Assembly: GCF_964355755.1 (NCBI RefSeq)
Contig: NC_092670.1
Location: 7,182,201-7,246,200, forward strand
Direction of reading: 5' to 3'
DNA: 64,000 nt
DNA from: Antedon mediterranea
Taxonomy: Eukaryota > Animalia > Echinodermata
The notes beneath the pieces are model-generated. The model had not been told where the DNA came from. It ran no database searches and worked only from the letters and a program-made list of their open reading frames with translations. The translations under genes were made by a program, and so were the position numbers. Below, in pieces: positions 39,201 through 54,200 of this stretch (positions within the stretch are counted from its first letter, which is position 1; every line of letters starts with the position of its first letter).

Positions 39201-42200
39201 CAGCTCGATCAGAGCAATTTGAACATTTTTATATTTGACCTTGACCTATTGCCTTGGTAACCGCGTTGCACCCACTTCCCTGAATTAAAAAAAGCTATAA
39301 TAGAAAGGAAATTTAGCAAAACCTGACCTTCGATCATAAAGTTACCGAAAGTTAGATCAGGTAGTAGCGAGTTTATCAAATGTTGCGCGTTAGCAGAAAG
39401 ATCCGTTTGAAAAATAGGCAAAATAACTCAATAGGTTTATTTATCTTTCATTACACACTTGTATACTCCTCTGTCAGTCATTTGTTTTGCACTTAAATTG
39501 GATTGTATTTTTAGTCACATTTGATAATTGTCCAGAAGATGAGACAATACACAACACCGGTGCATTTCCATATGCATACACAATCCCAGTGATTACAGCA
39601 ACCGTGAATTCAAGTGGTTTAGCTGCAGATGTTCAGGTGACATCAACACCTGCATATGTTCCAGGTACTGTTTTAAACTTTGGAGTAGATGGAGTTCTTA
39701 ATCTTCAATACAAATCGTCGACCGCTGGTGAAACGAATATTGTGTGCGAATTTTCTGTAACATTCCTCGGTAAGTGTATCATAATGTTTGTTATATTTAG
39801 CTTCAACATCATCAACAAATTATTACTACAGTAGCCTTTGTCATTATCTTTTTCATAATTAGAAACTCGGTCATACACTAAATTATCTTTTTCACATTAA
39901 ATTATTATCCTACCCCATTTTCATATCTAATACAAACTGTTAGTTCAGTTCAGTATCAGTTATTTATTGATTAATGAAGGTAATAAGACATATTAAATTA
40001 TTTTATATTTTTCTTAAAAATAAGTCACAAAACAAATTGTTTAATAAATTGTTCTATTCCACAAATGCGGACTTTGAAATTGAATTGAATTGATCACTTT
40101 ATTTCAGAATAAATATTCCATAATACAACAAATACAAAACGGAAAATCACACTAAAATAGGATTTTTTCCCATTTAGTGAATTTGAAGATCGTAAAAGAT
40201 AGTTCGTAGTACACATAACAATATCATTTTCACTATTCAAAATTCTTAATCTAAAACCATAGACGCACTTTCGTACATGTTCATAAAAAGAGGGAAGTCT
40301 CCCTTCTAAATGACATTGCAGTAATGTAAATATGGTAAATCTAGAGTGAATATAATGTCACTCTTCCCTGGTAAAACTAATTTTACATGATGAGCATTTA
40401 GGGAAAATTGCTTTTGATATTTGGAAACAAATATCAAATTATTGTGACTGGTCCATTTCAAATTCTCTTGAACAAAGAATGAAAACACATAAGAAGAGTG
40501 TTTGTTGTGACTCTTAATCCAAGATGGCCGATCGCACACTTTCAAATCGGATTCAAATGTTATGTTTACCTTAAATTTATTTAAATAGATTTAGTGACTC
40601 ATTTAATTTTTTATATTGTAACAGATACTGGTGATCCCTACTACCCAGACTGTCCAACTGAACATTTAGTGTTTAATACAAATGACTCAAGTATGGCTGA
40701 GGCAAGGTGGACTGATCCAGTTCCAACAGATGCATCTATTGGCTCTATTTCGGAGTCAATGCAGACTAAGCCATATGAGACATCACCGGCTTACTTTCCC
40801 ATAGGAGAGACTAACCTCAATTACACTGCTACTGATGGAAGTGGTAACACTGGATTTTGTATTATAATAGTTGAAGTAATTGGTAGGTAAAATTTATTTT
40901 ATTTTTCTAAATAGGTAGGCAATTACAATAATGCAAATAATAGTAATCTTAAAAATTGGTATTAATATTATTATTTAAAAATATGTTGTATGCTACATTT
41001 TACTAGCATTGTGTAGTTGATTGTCGCCCGGACCAAGAATCTGCGAATCTGACTAATTCCTAAATGGTCAAAAGTCGAAAGCTCTCTATTTACTATTCGA
41101 GGAATCTGGTTGTTAGAGTTAACCTATCATCTTTCTCTTCCATGTCATAAATCTTTTACTCTAGATATTGGTGACCCTATTGTGACGTCATATCCAATTA
41201 ACGCACTAAGCGTACTTCCTACGGATCATGGGAGGCCAACAGCATTTTATAATTGGACAGCTCCGGTTGCTACAGACAATTCTGGTACTGTTTTCATCTT
41301 TTACGAAACGCATGGAGTGACATTTAGCCATCCATCTTACAACTTTCCCATAGGAGTCAGTGTCGTAACAGTCAATGTGTCAGACCCATCTGGAAATAGC
41401 GTTTCAGGAATGTTCACAGTCACTGTTCAAGGTATTCAAACAAGAAATATTTCTTACCAAAACAAAAAAAAATTAATAAAAAGCTTGACATGACGTTACA
41501 ATTTTAATTAATTAATTCTTTCTTCAGATCAGAATTGACTTATACATTAGTTGAGTTTACTAATTCTCATTTCTGTCAGCTGTAGTAAATTAAAGCTTTG
41601 CGTGCTTTTTATTGCTTCGTATTGGAATATAACCGTATAATGCCGCGGCTATTATTTCTACTGCACGGACACAAAATAAGTAATTAATGTTATTTCCAAA
41701 CTTTTCCAAAAAAAATTTTTTTTTTTCCTGGATCCAATGTCATTGCCAGTTTCAACATTACTACTATGGATAATGTTTTAGATAAATAAATACTATATAA
41801 ATGTTTAAGATAAATAAATAGTATTTTTAGCATGTTCATTTTTTGTATATTTAGATGTGGAGCCACCTACTCCAACATGTCCTTCCATAGTATATGGTAT
41901 GGCTGATCCTGGATCCCATGGTACTGTCAGTTTCAACATTACTGCTGTGGATAATGTTTTAGTTGCTATGTTTGAAACCAACTATACTCTACACAACCAA
42001 ATTAGTTCAACTATTAATATATTTTCCTATGTCGTTCAAACCACTGGTGTATTTCCTTTTGGAGAAACTCTTATTGAGTACACATTCTTTGACAATTCTT
42101 CGCCAATACCCAACCGAGCCTCTTGTTATGTTACAGTGATTATTCAAGGTATGTTTAGTGTTAGCATAATGTCTTTTCTCAACCGAGTAACCTACTGCTT

Positions 42201-45200
42201 TTCTCAGATTCTAAGAATACAAAACGATCATTTTAAATAAGTTACTACCCATGACAACCTTTTGTATATCAATACATTTATTTTATCGAAAGCAAAATGG
42301 TGATTTTAAAAATTGATGATAATAAAAGTGGGTTGATTCCACAAAAGACAAAAAGGTATACATAGTAACTAAATAAAATTAACTAAACAGTTCAAATTTG
42401 ATAGGACATACCGACTCTATCATCATGGTACGGTTGAACAGCATTAGAACTGAATTGCAGGCGCGCAGCAGAAATCAAATAAGTCTGTACATCCTCATCT
42501 TCTGTAATTCTCGACGCGGGGCCTCTGAAGAGACACATTTACATATGAATTTACAGGCATAAAACAAAAAATATACCGCCTAGTGATAATGTACTGAAAC
42601 TGAAAAGTTGTATAGAATCGATAAAGATGAGGAGATCATAAATAAAGAAAAATGAATAAGAAAACCCACTAACTGTATCATGGATTTCAAGGATCATTTA
42701 ATAGTGTTTTTCTAATGCTTTCATGTATGCAGTATCTCAATTTTATACACACATATCTGAAAACATGTTATTGTATTGTATTATTTATTTAGGCATAGAG
42801 ATAATGAAAGTTCAATAACAACGACAAAAATAGGCTTATACTTTGACGGCTCTATAAAAAGTGTTTTATATCTCTTCAATTCAGTTTATTTCATCATGCA
42901 CATTCCTTATTTGTTAAATTGAAATAATAAACGAGCATCCCGTTAGTTAATGTTTAAGATCGGAAATCAATATAAATAATAACATGGTACGGTAGCTATT
43001 TTGTTTTTATCAAATAAGGTTCCATAATTTGTAACTTTGATGTTGATATGTGTGGATGGGACCCGTATCCGTACAGAGGTCACACACCCTGGAAACGCTC
43101 AAACGAACTAATTGATTGTAACATCAATCCTGACCCAGGTACATTATTTTTAATTGTCTGATATTTACATTTGAACATTTTATGTATTATATTACTGTAT
43201 AATGCATATAAATAGAACAGTATACAAAGTGTTTCAGTAGCTTAGTTGTCGCAATTGACCTATTAGACACTCTAGTAACACTTTAAATTTCATAGTGATG
43301 CCAGTAAACATAAACAGATCCATTAAAAACAATTAATTGTTTCTGACAGTGACAGCGTAATTTACTTATGAGAACAAAGTGATGAATATTATTATACTTT
43401 TTAAATCCAGACACGACATAGAAAAGGCCAGCCTTTTATACACTGCACCCACAAATCTTTTCTTTATTTACAGGCGATTACTATGCATTCATTCAAGGTT
43501 CTGGATATAGTGGAAATATGTTGATCACAGAAATACCGTCGAGTTGGGGTGATTTCTGTGTTAAATTCAACTATTATTTGAGTGATACAAGTTCTGATTT
43601 AGCAATACAACACTTTCGTTCGTTTAATTATTGGGTTAAATACAAACAGTTCTATTATACAAGTACAGGGTGGAAGCTAGGCTATGCTAGCTTTACCACA
43701 AGTACTCCTATCAACCGTATGAGATTCTATTCATATGGAAATATTGTAGCAATTAACAACGTTAACATCAGTAGAGGAACATGTGAAGGTAACACGTTGT
43801 AACATTGTAATAGTATTGTTATTTAAAAAACCCCAAAGAATATTATAAATAATCATACTCTACAGTACAATGATAATTTAAAAGAATGAGCAAAGTATAA
43901 AGAACCTGTTTAAAAATATGATGATAATAAAACATTACAAAGAAAATAAAATGACATAATAAGTAAGATCCCAGCAGTTGAGATATGTATAATTAATGAT
44001 TAAATTGAGAAGATGAGAATAGCTGATGTACTAAATGTATTTGTATATAAAGGTAGCTATTTCAAATGTGTAATATTCCAAAGTCAGTCATTGGTCTTTC
44101 TTGATAATATTATTGTCAAATTATTAAATGAAGTTTTTTTCAAAAAGGCATATAATATCATTATTTTTAACTTTAAAATACTAACTTACGTATTCTTGAT
44201 TTAATAGATTTCGTGAAAAAAATTTACCTAACAACAAGTGAAGAAATCAGCATAACTACCCCATACTACCCGGAAAAACATAACACTGATTACAGTGAGT
44301 GGATCGTGGAAAGTCCGCAGAATACAGGAATTCTACTCACTTATTATGACTTGGCGCTACAGAGCTGTTGTGACTTTTTGAATGTCACTTATGTTGATAT
44401 AATTGGCAATACTATAACTCAATATTTCACTGGACAAAACATTTACAATATTCTAGCTAAAGGTTATTTAAGCATAATATTTCAAACAAACTATAACGGT
44501 GCTAACAGAGGATTTGCTCTACAGATGGAAGTTATTGACATAGGTAAAGTATGTTTACATTTAAAAGTAAGTTAAGTTTTTCACTGTATTGTTATTGTTT
44601 AAAAATGTTTTAGACAGTACCTTTTTTAGCAATAACATTATTTCAAAACTTTTCTTATAGAGTGTTCTGGATATTTGTGTTTAAATAGTTCTAGTCCTGG
44701 TGTTTGCTTAAATAGTTCAAACGTTTGTGATGGAACTAATGATTGTGGTGATTGGTCTGATGAAAGACATGGGTGCACAGAACGTGAGTAATTTAGTATA
44801 AAAAGAATAATAAGTAAAAAGCATCTCGCATAATTCAGTATTATTATTATGTTGTTTTAATACATTGGATGCCTATTTAAACAATTTCCAACAAAATAAA
44901 CTATAAAATGGTAAGCTCATGCCTCTACGAAAAGGTACAGAATTATAGTGTAGGAGGCCGATATGTCATTTATAAGAGTGTCTATTGTTTGTTATAAGCA
45001 AACGTTTACAACTATTAGACTATTATACATATATTACCATTAAGGCTCATTTCTTTAACCAGGTTTTAGTTTACTCGACATGCCCTTATTCACTTATTTA
45101 CTTACTGAAGATAAGAAAGCATAAACCTCCTGATACTGTTGAGCTGCAATTAAATGTAATTGTATTGCATCAATAAATTGAGGGATTGCAAAATAATATT

Positions 45201-48200
45201 ATTTTTAAATTATGTGTTCGTTTGCTGTACCATGAATAAGTATGTGCTCTTTTTGGTCAAATTAGTTCCCATAACTTGTAACTTTGATGTTGATATATGT
45301 GGATGGGACCCGTACCCGAATAGTGGGCGTTATTACACACCATGGCGACGTTCAGACGAGACAAATAATGATAACATTAGCCCTGGTCCAGGTAGGTATT
45401 TCGTTTTTGTTTTTACGTTACACTATAAATAAAAGTACACAAGTATATCAGTATGCTTACGTTAGTAGTAACTGTCTAGTAGATCTTACTACAAATAACA
45501 TACTGTGTCTGGTAAGACACAATTATTTAAACATCATTTCTCTCAGTAAACAATGTAAACTGATGAGAAATAGTATTTTGGTTGAAAAATAGATATAAAT
45601 AAAACTATTATACATTATTATAAACACACTTTTCACGCATGTCAGTTCAATAAGATTTAATAAATAATTATTTCAAAAATTAGAAAAAAACAACAAAAAC
45701 CACAGGCTTGCTATTTAAAACAACATAACGTTTTATAATCATATCATCATAAATGTCAATGAATTCTACTACAAATAAAAATGTGTAATACAATATTCTG
45801 TTTATACACAACACAAAAATAAAGGTATGTGGCGGCGTGTTTACTCTAGGAAAACAATCAACGTCCCATTTTATTTTATTCCAAACGATGTTTTATGAGG
45901 ATGGGGGAGGGAGAGCGCTTATTGGGTCGACTAAATAAGGTACTTGCGTTTTCTTAATTACAGGCGATTACTATGCTTTCATTCAAAGTTCTGGATCTAG
46001 GTACAATGGATATATGTGGACCACAGCAATACCGTCAAGTTGGGGTGATTTTTGTATTAAATTCAACTATTATTTGAGTGATACAAGTGATTATTTAGAA
46101 ATCCAGCACTTTCGTTTGATTGATACGTGGGTTGCAAACAAACGATTCTACTTTACAAGCACAGGATGGAAGCTAGGCCATGCTAGCTTTACCACGAGTA
46201 CTCCTGTTAACCGTCTGAGATTCTATTCATATACATATACATATAGAAACATTGTAGCAATTAACAACGTTGAGATCAGTAGAGGAACATGTGAAGGTAA
46301 CATGTTAACAATGTGTACTAGTGTTATTTAAAAAAGCCTAAAGCATATTACAAATAATGATGTCCTACAATAAGAATTTAAAAGCAAAGAATCTGTTTAA
46401 AAATATGATAATTATGATGATAATAAAACATTGTAAAGAAAATGAAATGACATAATAAGTAAGATCCCAGCAGTTAAGATTTGTGTAATTAACTGATTAA
46501 ATTGAGAAGATGTAAATAGCTGTATAGAAAAATAGATATTTCAAATTTCTTCCAAACTAATTGATGACTTGTATATTTGTCTAAGATGTTTCTAATTAAG
46601 GTAATTATTTTATAATGTAACAGTTCTTGATAATATTATTGTCAAGTTATTAAATGGAATTTTATTGAAATTCAACTTTAACTACTAATTTACGTATTTT
46701 TTTTATTTATAGATTTAGTGAAAAATATATACTTAACAACAAGTGATGAAATCAACATAACATCCCCATACTACCCAGAGAAACATAACACTGATTACAA
46801 TGAGTGGATCGTGGAAAGTCCACAAAATACAGGAATTCTACTCACGTATTATGACTTGGAGCTACAGAGCTGTTGTGACTTCTTGAATGTCACTTATGTT
46901 GATATAAATGGCAATAATATAACTCAATTTTTCACCGGACAAAACATTTACAATATTCTAGCTAAACGTTACTTAAGTATAATATTTCAAAGTAACCCTA
47001 ACGGTGCTATCAGAGGATTTGCTCTACAGATAGAAGTTATTGACATAGGTACAGTATGTGTACATTTTGGTTTTTCTTGTACTTTGTTATTATTTATACA
47101 TTTTACTACGTGTTTCAGATTGTACTTGATTCAGCAATATAATTTAATTATAAAAATAATTATCTTTCTTGTAGAATGTTCTGGATATTTGTGCTTGAAT
47201 GATTCTCGTCCTGGTGTTTGTTTAAATAGATCTAGAGTTTGTGATGGAACTAACGATTGTGGAGATTGGTCTGATGAAAGACAGTGCACAGACAGTGAGA
47301 TAATTTTCATATGAAGATCTGTATATTATTAACATAATGCTAGAATCCCGTAGTTTTGAAGATGTTTTTTTTTAATTCACTATTTAAACTTAAAAAATGT
47401 GCATAATTATTTTTTAAATACAATATAGGCTATAAATAGGCCTTACGTAAAGCGTGGAGGAGAGTATAAATGTTATAATGCGCGACCCCTTCTTCCTCCC
47501 AATTATCAAATGTCCAACATTTCTTGGAGTACAGAGAATGAATCTTTTTTAGACCAAATTTTAACTAGGTGTTTATAATTTACACTAGATTTAAACTTGT
47601 CACCGTGTGACGAGTTCGGATTATCAAGTAATTATATTTAAATGTTGTATCTATCTTACAAATACAAAAAAAAATCATTTGTATTGCCCATTGTAAATCA
47701 AGGATGTCATGTCGTTTCAAATTGATTCTCAAAAAACTCTACCAAGGGTGAGTGAAAAAACTGCAGGTGAAATCATTTGCCAACGATACTACCCTCTTTC
47801 AGTCAAATTACAATTTTTTGTTATTACTATTCTGGTCCAAAACTGTGGAACGGCCTTTCAGAATATATCAATTTAGTTTACCGCATTTTAAAAATAAAAA
47901 GTGATTTTTCGCATTTTATTATTTTCAAGTGCATGTTCGCGTTTATTTATAGCGTGGCATGCCAATTTTATTTCATAGAAAGTCAGCCTTGAATTACACT
48001 TTTGTATAAAAATCAAATGTCTTTTGTTTTTAAATTTATATTCAATTATGGAAATTTATAAAATCAAGCGTAAGTTACAATGTGTAACCCTGAAGTTGTC
48101 AAAAATGTTAGATACATATATAAATACGGACAACGTTTTATAACATTCTGTCCTGTACATACAATTGGCAGAAAGAATAATAACCTAAAATTTTTTTTTG

Positions 48201-51200
48201 AAGGTTTCCAATAGATTAAAGAAGGTAGACAAGACATGCCACCAGTAAATCTATGTTGGTGTAGGGATATGCTATTGTGGGAACAAAGATATAATTTAAT
48301 CCCGTATCAATGATTAAAACATTATTGAGTTCTTGATTAGTATAACCACTGCAGTTTTCAATGATATATTCCTTAGTCCAATGATTTCCTGAAAATAATT
48401 TATAGTATTTCCTGAAATAAATATGGTACTACATTCTTTTAGGTTTGTTGGATCTTAAGGGTCATGTTTATATTTGTACTTGTACATTCTTATTCAAAAT
48501 ACCTATTGGATTAAGAGATATTAGCATATTTTAGATGGCGTACTTGAATGACCTTTGACCTTGACCCCAAAGAAAAATCAAATACATTATTATGAATCTC
48601 TGGGGTCATGTTAATTTTTGTGTTTAATACATTCTTATACAAATTTCTTTATGGTTTAAGAGATAATTGGGATGAAAGTTGTCAAATGGCAGCCATTTTG
48701 ATTGTATGCAAATTAGGCCACTTATATTGGGCAGATCAGGGTAGATTTTGGATATTGCATTCTCTTATATATATATTGAACATATTTCAACATTAGAACA
48801 AGCTGTTGCAATTTGTTTGACTCAACGCCTATTTTTTCGGTATTCCGGTCCTGGACATTTTTTCGATGTTAGTTTGGTTAGTTTTTTAAAAACATCATCG
48901 TGCGAAATTCAATATCTTCAAGCTTATCTTTAATAACCTTTTTTCTCTCTTTTGTGGTTAACCATCAAATTTATTCATTCAATCTTTATATGTATTATAT
49001 TAACATTTCATTTTCGTACTTTAAATTTCCCTTTTTCGTTATTTTATGATTTTCACACTTTTTGATTATGCATACAAATAACCATAAAAACTTATCCACA
49101 CTTCATTTTGTACAGGATATAATACATTTTAAACATACAGTATATTTTGGAAACGTATGTTATGTTACTACATAAAAACATTTCAATTATGGATGCCACT
49201 TATAAGTTACGACATGCCTACTGTGTTCATATCGTTTAAAATAAGTTTAAACAGAATCCAAGGATTCTGGCATACAGGTTTTTAAAGCTCAGTTAGAATT
49301 TGATTGTGTATAATGACGTACACGGCAATTGAGTACAATTGATTTTTTTATTTGACAGTTACACCCTAACAGTTCTTTGAAAATGCTACTGCTTTTATCT
49401 AACATATGTTTTTTGTCTTCAATGACTCCACAATTGTTACAAATGTTACTATTTTTCAGTTTCCAGTTATACAGGTACGATTCTATTCAGTAATTTGTTA
49501 TTCTTTTTTCATTTTTCTTTTTGTTTCCAGACATCACAACACCTGATATCTTTAAATACGTTATTCCATTTAAGATTGCTTTTCGGTAGAATAAATACAT
49601 TATTAACGAAGTTAGAATAAACATCTTGTCATGTCATCTAATTTACCTCCGCCAAGGAGGTATATGTAATCGATCATGTTTGTCTGTTTGTTTGTTAGCA
49701 GGATTACTCAAAAAGTAATTACAAGATCTTTACCAAAATCAAACTGCAGATAGATATGTGGTCAAGGACCACTCCATTCAATGTTGAAGGCAATTCAGAC
49801 CACGGTCCCAATTCTGAACCACTTTTTAGTATAATTTTCAGACCTGTTAGTGTTAAAAGATAGGAAAGAATTTTCAAAAGCCGGCGAACAGTCTTAAAAT
49901 AACAAATAAACTGAAATTGCATTTTCTCGAGGAAATAATTTGATTTAATTTACAGGTATTTTAATACGAGTAGTTTAATAAAAACCTATTTCTTTTAAAA
50001 TTCACCCGTTTGTTTTAGGCGTTGCTGTTCTATTGTTAATCAACTGATACTATTATTATTGATTTTTATAGATTTATCCTAAATCACACACATCATTAAG
50101 ACACACACACAAATTCCCGGAGAAATCTTATGTAGGAGAATTTTACAGTAGACGGAGGAATGCACTCTCGGAGTGGCTTTCTTGTTATATTTTGTTGATA
50201 TTGTATTCCAGATTCACATTCATATATTGGTTCATATTGGCATATTATTCTTAATAACTTTTTCAAAGTAAGTTATCTCAGTTCTTCAGTATTCTCATAA
50301 TCCGACGATGTTTGAGTTCCATTTTCTCACTCGTGTTTCTAAATTCCCGCTATTGACCTTCGTGTTGGTTTTAAAACGTTCAAAAATAAGTCTTGCGTAG
50401 TATGGAGGAAACAAGTGGATATGTGCTTGTCACTTGCATTGAATCCCATTTAATAATTGTTTTAAGTCTTGTTTTCTTGGCTTCTATAATATACACCTAG
50501 TAAAAGATCATCTGATTTATTAATGTTAGCTGATAGGTTTTAGTATGTAATGTATAGTATAACGCCACTCCCAGCTGCTGATAATTTGTCTTTCCGAAAT
50601 GCTATATAACCAGCAATGGCTATCATATTATCTATGATATCCTGTGAGCGTTTTGACTCGGTAATAGCTATTACACTTAGGTTAATTGTGTGTACAAATA
50701 TTTCAATCCTCCTGTTTTATATAATACAGTTCGCATAGTATAATAGCATTTCAAATGTTTACATTCTTTATCTATATTTTCAGAACCTAAATGAAATAAA
50801 AATGTCTGTTCTTTTCTTTTGTAAAAATGTCCTTTATTTCCAAAAACAACAAAGGTTGACCTATCTTGCCTCTTTTAATTGCAACATTCTCTCCCTTTTC
50901 TATGCGATGCTAGTTATCTTGTAAGAATTGCATTTGCTTCCTCTGTTTAGGTGTAAGGTCGTATGTAATGAAAATATTTGTCATAGTATCCACATTATTT
51001 CAACTCTTTTGGAATTAAGACATAATTATTACCATTTTAGTGTTATTGTTGTTAACTGTGATACGCAAGGGTCTTAGTATTTTTTCCTTCAACCTATTTG
51101 GGTTACCAATTTCAGCTAAAGGATCGAATTTACACACCAATATATTAAGGACTCTGTCTGTTGCTTTGATATACAGTAGCTTCCGTTCAGGGACACTTCT

Positions 51201-54200
51201 TATACACAGATTCTACAAGATTGTGTATACTTACATTTGAGAGACAGACAAAGATTTGGTGAATTATAGTAAGATTAGAAAACTATACCATAAGACATTC
51301 CAACATGTTTAATCTATACGTCTTTTCACTAACGTAAAATAGCATAATGCAAACATTGGGACTTATGCAAACATTGGGACTTATTCAAACATTGGGACTT
51401 ATATGCAAACTTTGGCTGCTGTCGTATTGTTACATTTCACCCGATTCTGCTACTGTCAATCGGTTGTACATTTCTGCATTAATCAACACATTGAATTGAA
51501 CTTAGTGCTTCCTTTTTAGTTTTCAATAATTTGTTCGAATAGGGATTTGAATTGAACATTTCGATTATTTTTTCGTTTTCCGTGTTTTTTTTTTGTGTTT
51601 AAAATCAGATCTTATAACTTGTAACTTTGATGTTGATATGTGTGGATGGGACCCGTATCCGCAAAGTAGTAGTAGTAGTACTCCTTGGAAACTATCAGAC
51701 GACACAACTGATGATAACATTAACCCTGGTCCAGGTAGGTTTTATGTTTATGTTTGTAAGTTAATGTAGGCCTTTATACCCTTCTTAGTAATTAAAGTAG
51801 ACACACTACAAAGCTGTCTCTGTATGCTAAACAACTTTGAATTCAGTAAACAACAATATATCCGAATAAATATTATTTTGGTGAATCACCCGCGTGGTTG
51901 ATAGATTATACTCATTGCATATATCTGTAGCATGTCTTTTCAATACCATTTAATTAAAAAAAAAAAAAAAATACGCTTGATTTTTAAACAGCATACTTTT
52001 ATTTCTTATTTATAGGCGATTATTATGCTTTCATTAAAACATATGGATCTCGGTCGTCCATGTATGGACAAATGTGGACCACAGTGATACCATCGAGTTG
52101 GGAAAATTTCTGCGTTACGTTTGACTTCTATCTGAGTTATACAAATGATTATATAGACATTCAACACTATCGTTTGATTAATACGTGGGTTACACACAAA
52201 CGGTTCTACTCTACAAGTAACAAATGGAAGCAAGGTCAAGCCAGCTTTGCCACAAGTACTCCTATCAACCGTCTGAGATTCGATGGGAGATCATATAGAA
52301 CTATTGTAGCTATCAACAACGTTAACATCAGTAGAGGATCCTGTGAAGGTAATTTATAAATATAGTTTAAATTAAGGAAAACTTATAACAAATACATTAT
52401 GATAACTGTAAAGATGAGCAAACAATAAAGATGATTTAATAAAGATGATACGTTTACTGGCCTATTACAACTTTTTTCTAATATATTCTTTGTAAGTATG
52501 CGTTTTAATATTGATTACGTCTACGGCAAGCCTATTATTGATTGCTGATATTTCAAGATTATTCTCTGTACTTTGTTGTTTTCCCTTTAAAATATCCTAT
52601 TCTAATTACTTGAATGGGACACTTAATCAAACTTCACTTTTGATATTTGTGAACTCCAATCATCTAATCATTTAAACGATTTAACGCAAAAATAGTAAAT
52701 CATGCATTTCCGCCGTCTGTCTTTCCATTGACTGTAATACTAACTTAAGTATTTCTCGATTCAATAGATTGTGTGGAAAATATTTATCTAACAGCAGGTG
52801 ATGTTATTAACATAACATCTCCATATTACCCAGAACACCATGATAACTACCAATTTTGCGAGTGGATCGTGCAAAGTCCGCAAAATACAGGAATTCTACT
52901 CACGTTTTATGACTTGGAACTGGAAAGTGGTTACGACTTTTTGAATATCACCTATGTTGATAACGTTGGTAGTACTGTGACTGAATATATCACTGGGACG
53001 GAATATATCACTGATCCAAATACTAACAACTCTATTCTAGCTAAAACAAACATTAATATAACTTTTGTAACAAACCAATGGGGTGTTAACAGAGGATTTG
53101 CTCTAGGACTGAAGGTTACTGGCATAGGTATGTTTACATACGTATTTTATGCATTTTTTTAGATTAAACATAAATGTATACAAATAGTAATAATGTATGT
53201 TTTGGATGATATTATTTTTGTTTTTCATTTAATATAATTAGTGGTATGGAATAGTTTTGCTTGACTGGAAAAATCGATATCAATATACAAGAAATCATGT
53301 TATTGTATTGCATTTCATTAATAGATAATGAACCTCTAATAATTGAATGCCCAACATATGTCACATCAAGCAATTACGTCGGAGGAGGAAATGGACTATT
53401 AAAGGTTAGCACAGATATAGGAAGTCCAAATGCCACTGTCACATGGGATCCTCCTATGACAAATATCGATGAAACAGAGGCTTTAGTTTCGTCTCCATAT
53501 GAGTCAGGTGACATGCTACCAATTGGTATTCATACAATCACATTTACAGCAACGGATTCTTTTGGCAATAGAGACGCCTGTGAATTTGATCTGCAAGTTG
53601 AAGGTAAAATATATAAACCTCATTTTTTTTTGTGTGATCTACTAGTCCATTCATTGATTACCTTACGTCTTGATGTATAATTCGTTTTTTTTAGCTAGCT
53701 AACGAATAAACAAAACAAAACACTACTGCACGTGTAGTGAGTGACCAATTTAAAATCACTGATACTCTTAAAGAATGGCATAGTTCAGTACCGCATTTTC
53801 TATGAAATAGTTTTATCTTAATTCAGGTGTAGAGTATAAACAAAATGGCTCGTAATTTATTGTGGAATTGATTAGGCCATCGGTTGCAGAGCGCAACCTT
53901 TGGTTACTGTTTCATTAAACTACGCCGCTCTCAGTAATATAGCAGCCACAGTTGCTCAACGAATATCAATCCATCCGGTCAACGGCTTGCTTATTGCTTG
54001 TTCATATGATAAATATATACCATTGTAACTGTGTTATATGTAAACATTAGTAACCCTTGTTTAATCCTGTTATATTATTAAATAGATAATGAGGATCCAG
54101 TCTTAGTCTGTCCACCTAATATTACAACTACTACAACGGATGGTTTAAATCAAGCCTTAAATTTCAACTGGACTGATCCAATAGTAATTGACAATTCTGG

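Noticed and set aside
46718-47314. 198-aa ORF with an internal hydrophobic segment suggesting a membrane-anchored CUB protein
   Set aside because: The hydrophobic part is a stop-free 126-nt T-rich intron (47049-47174) between the CUB and LDLa exons; the equivalent intron in the first unit contains a stop.
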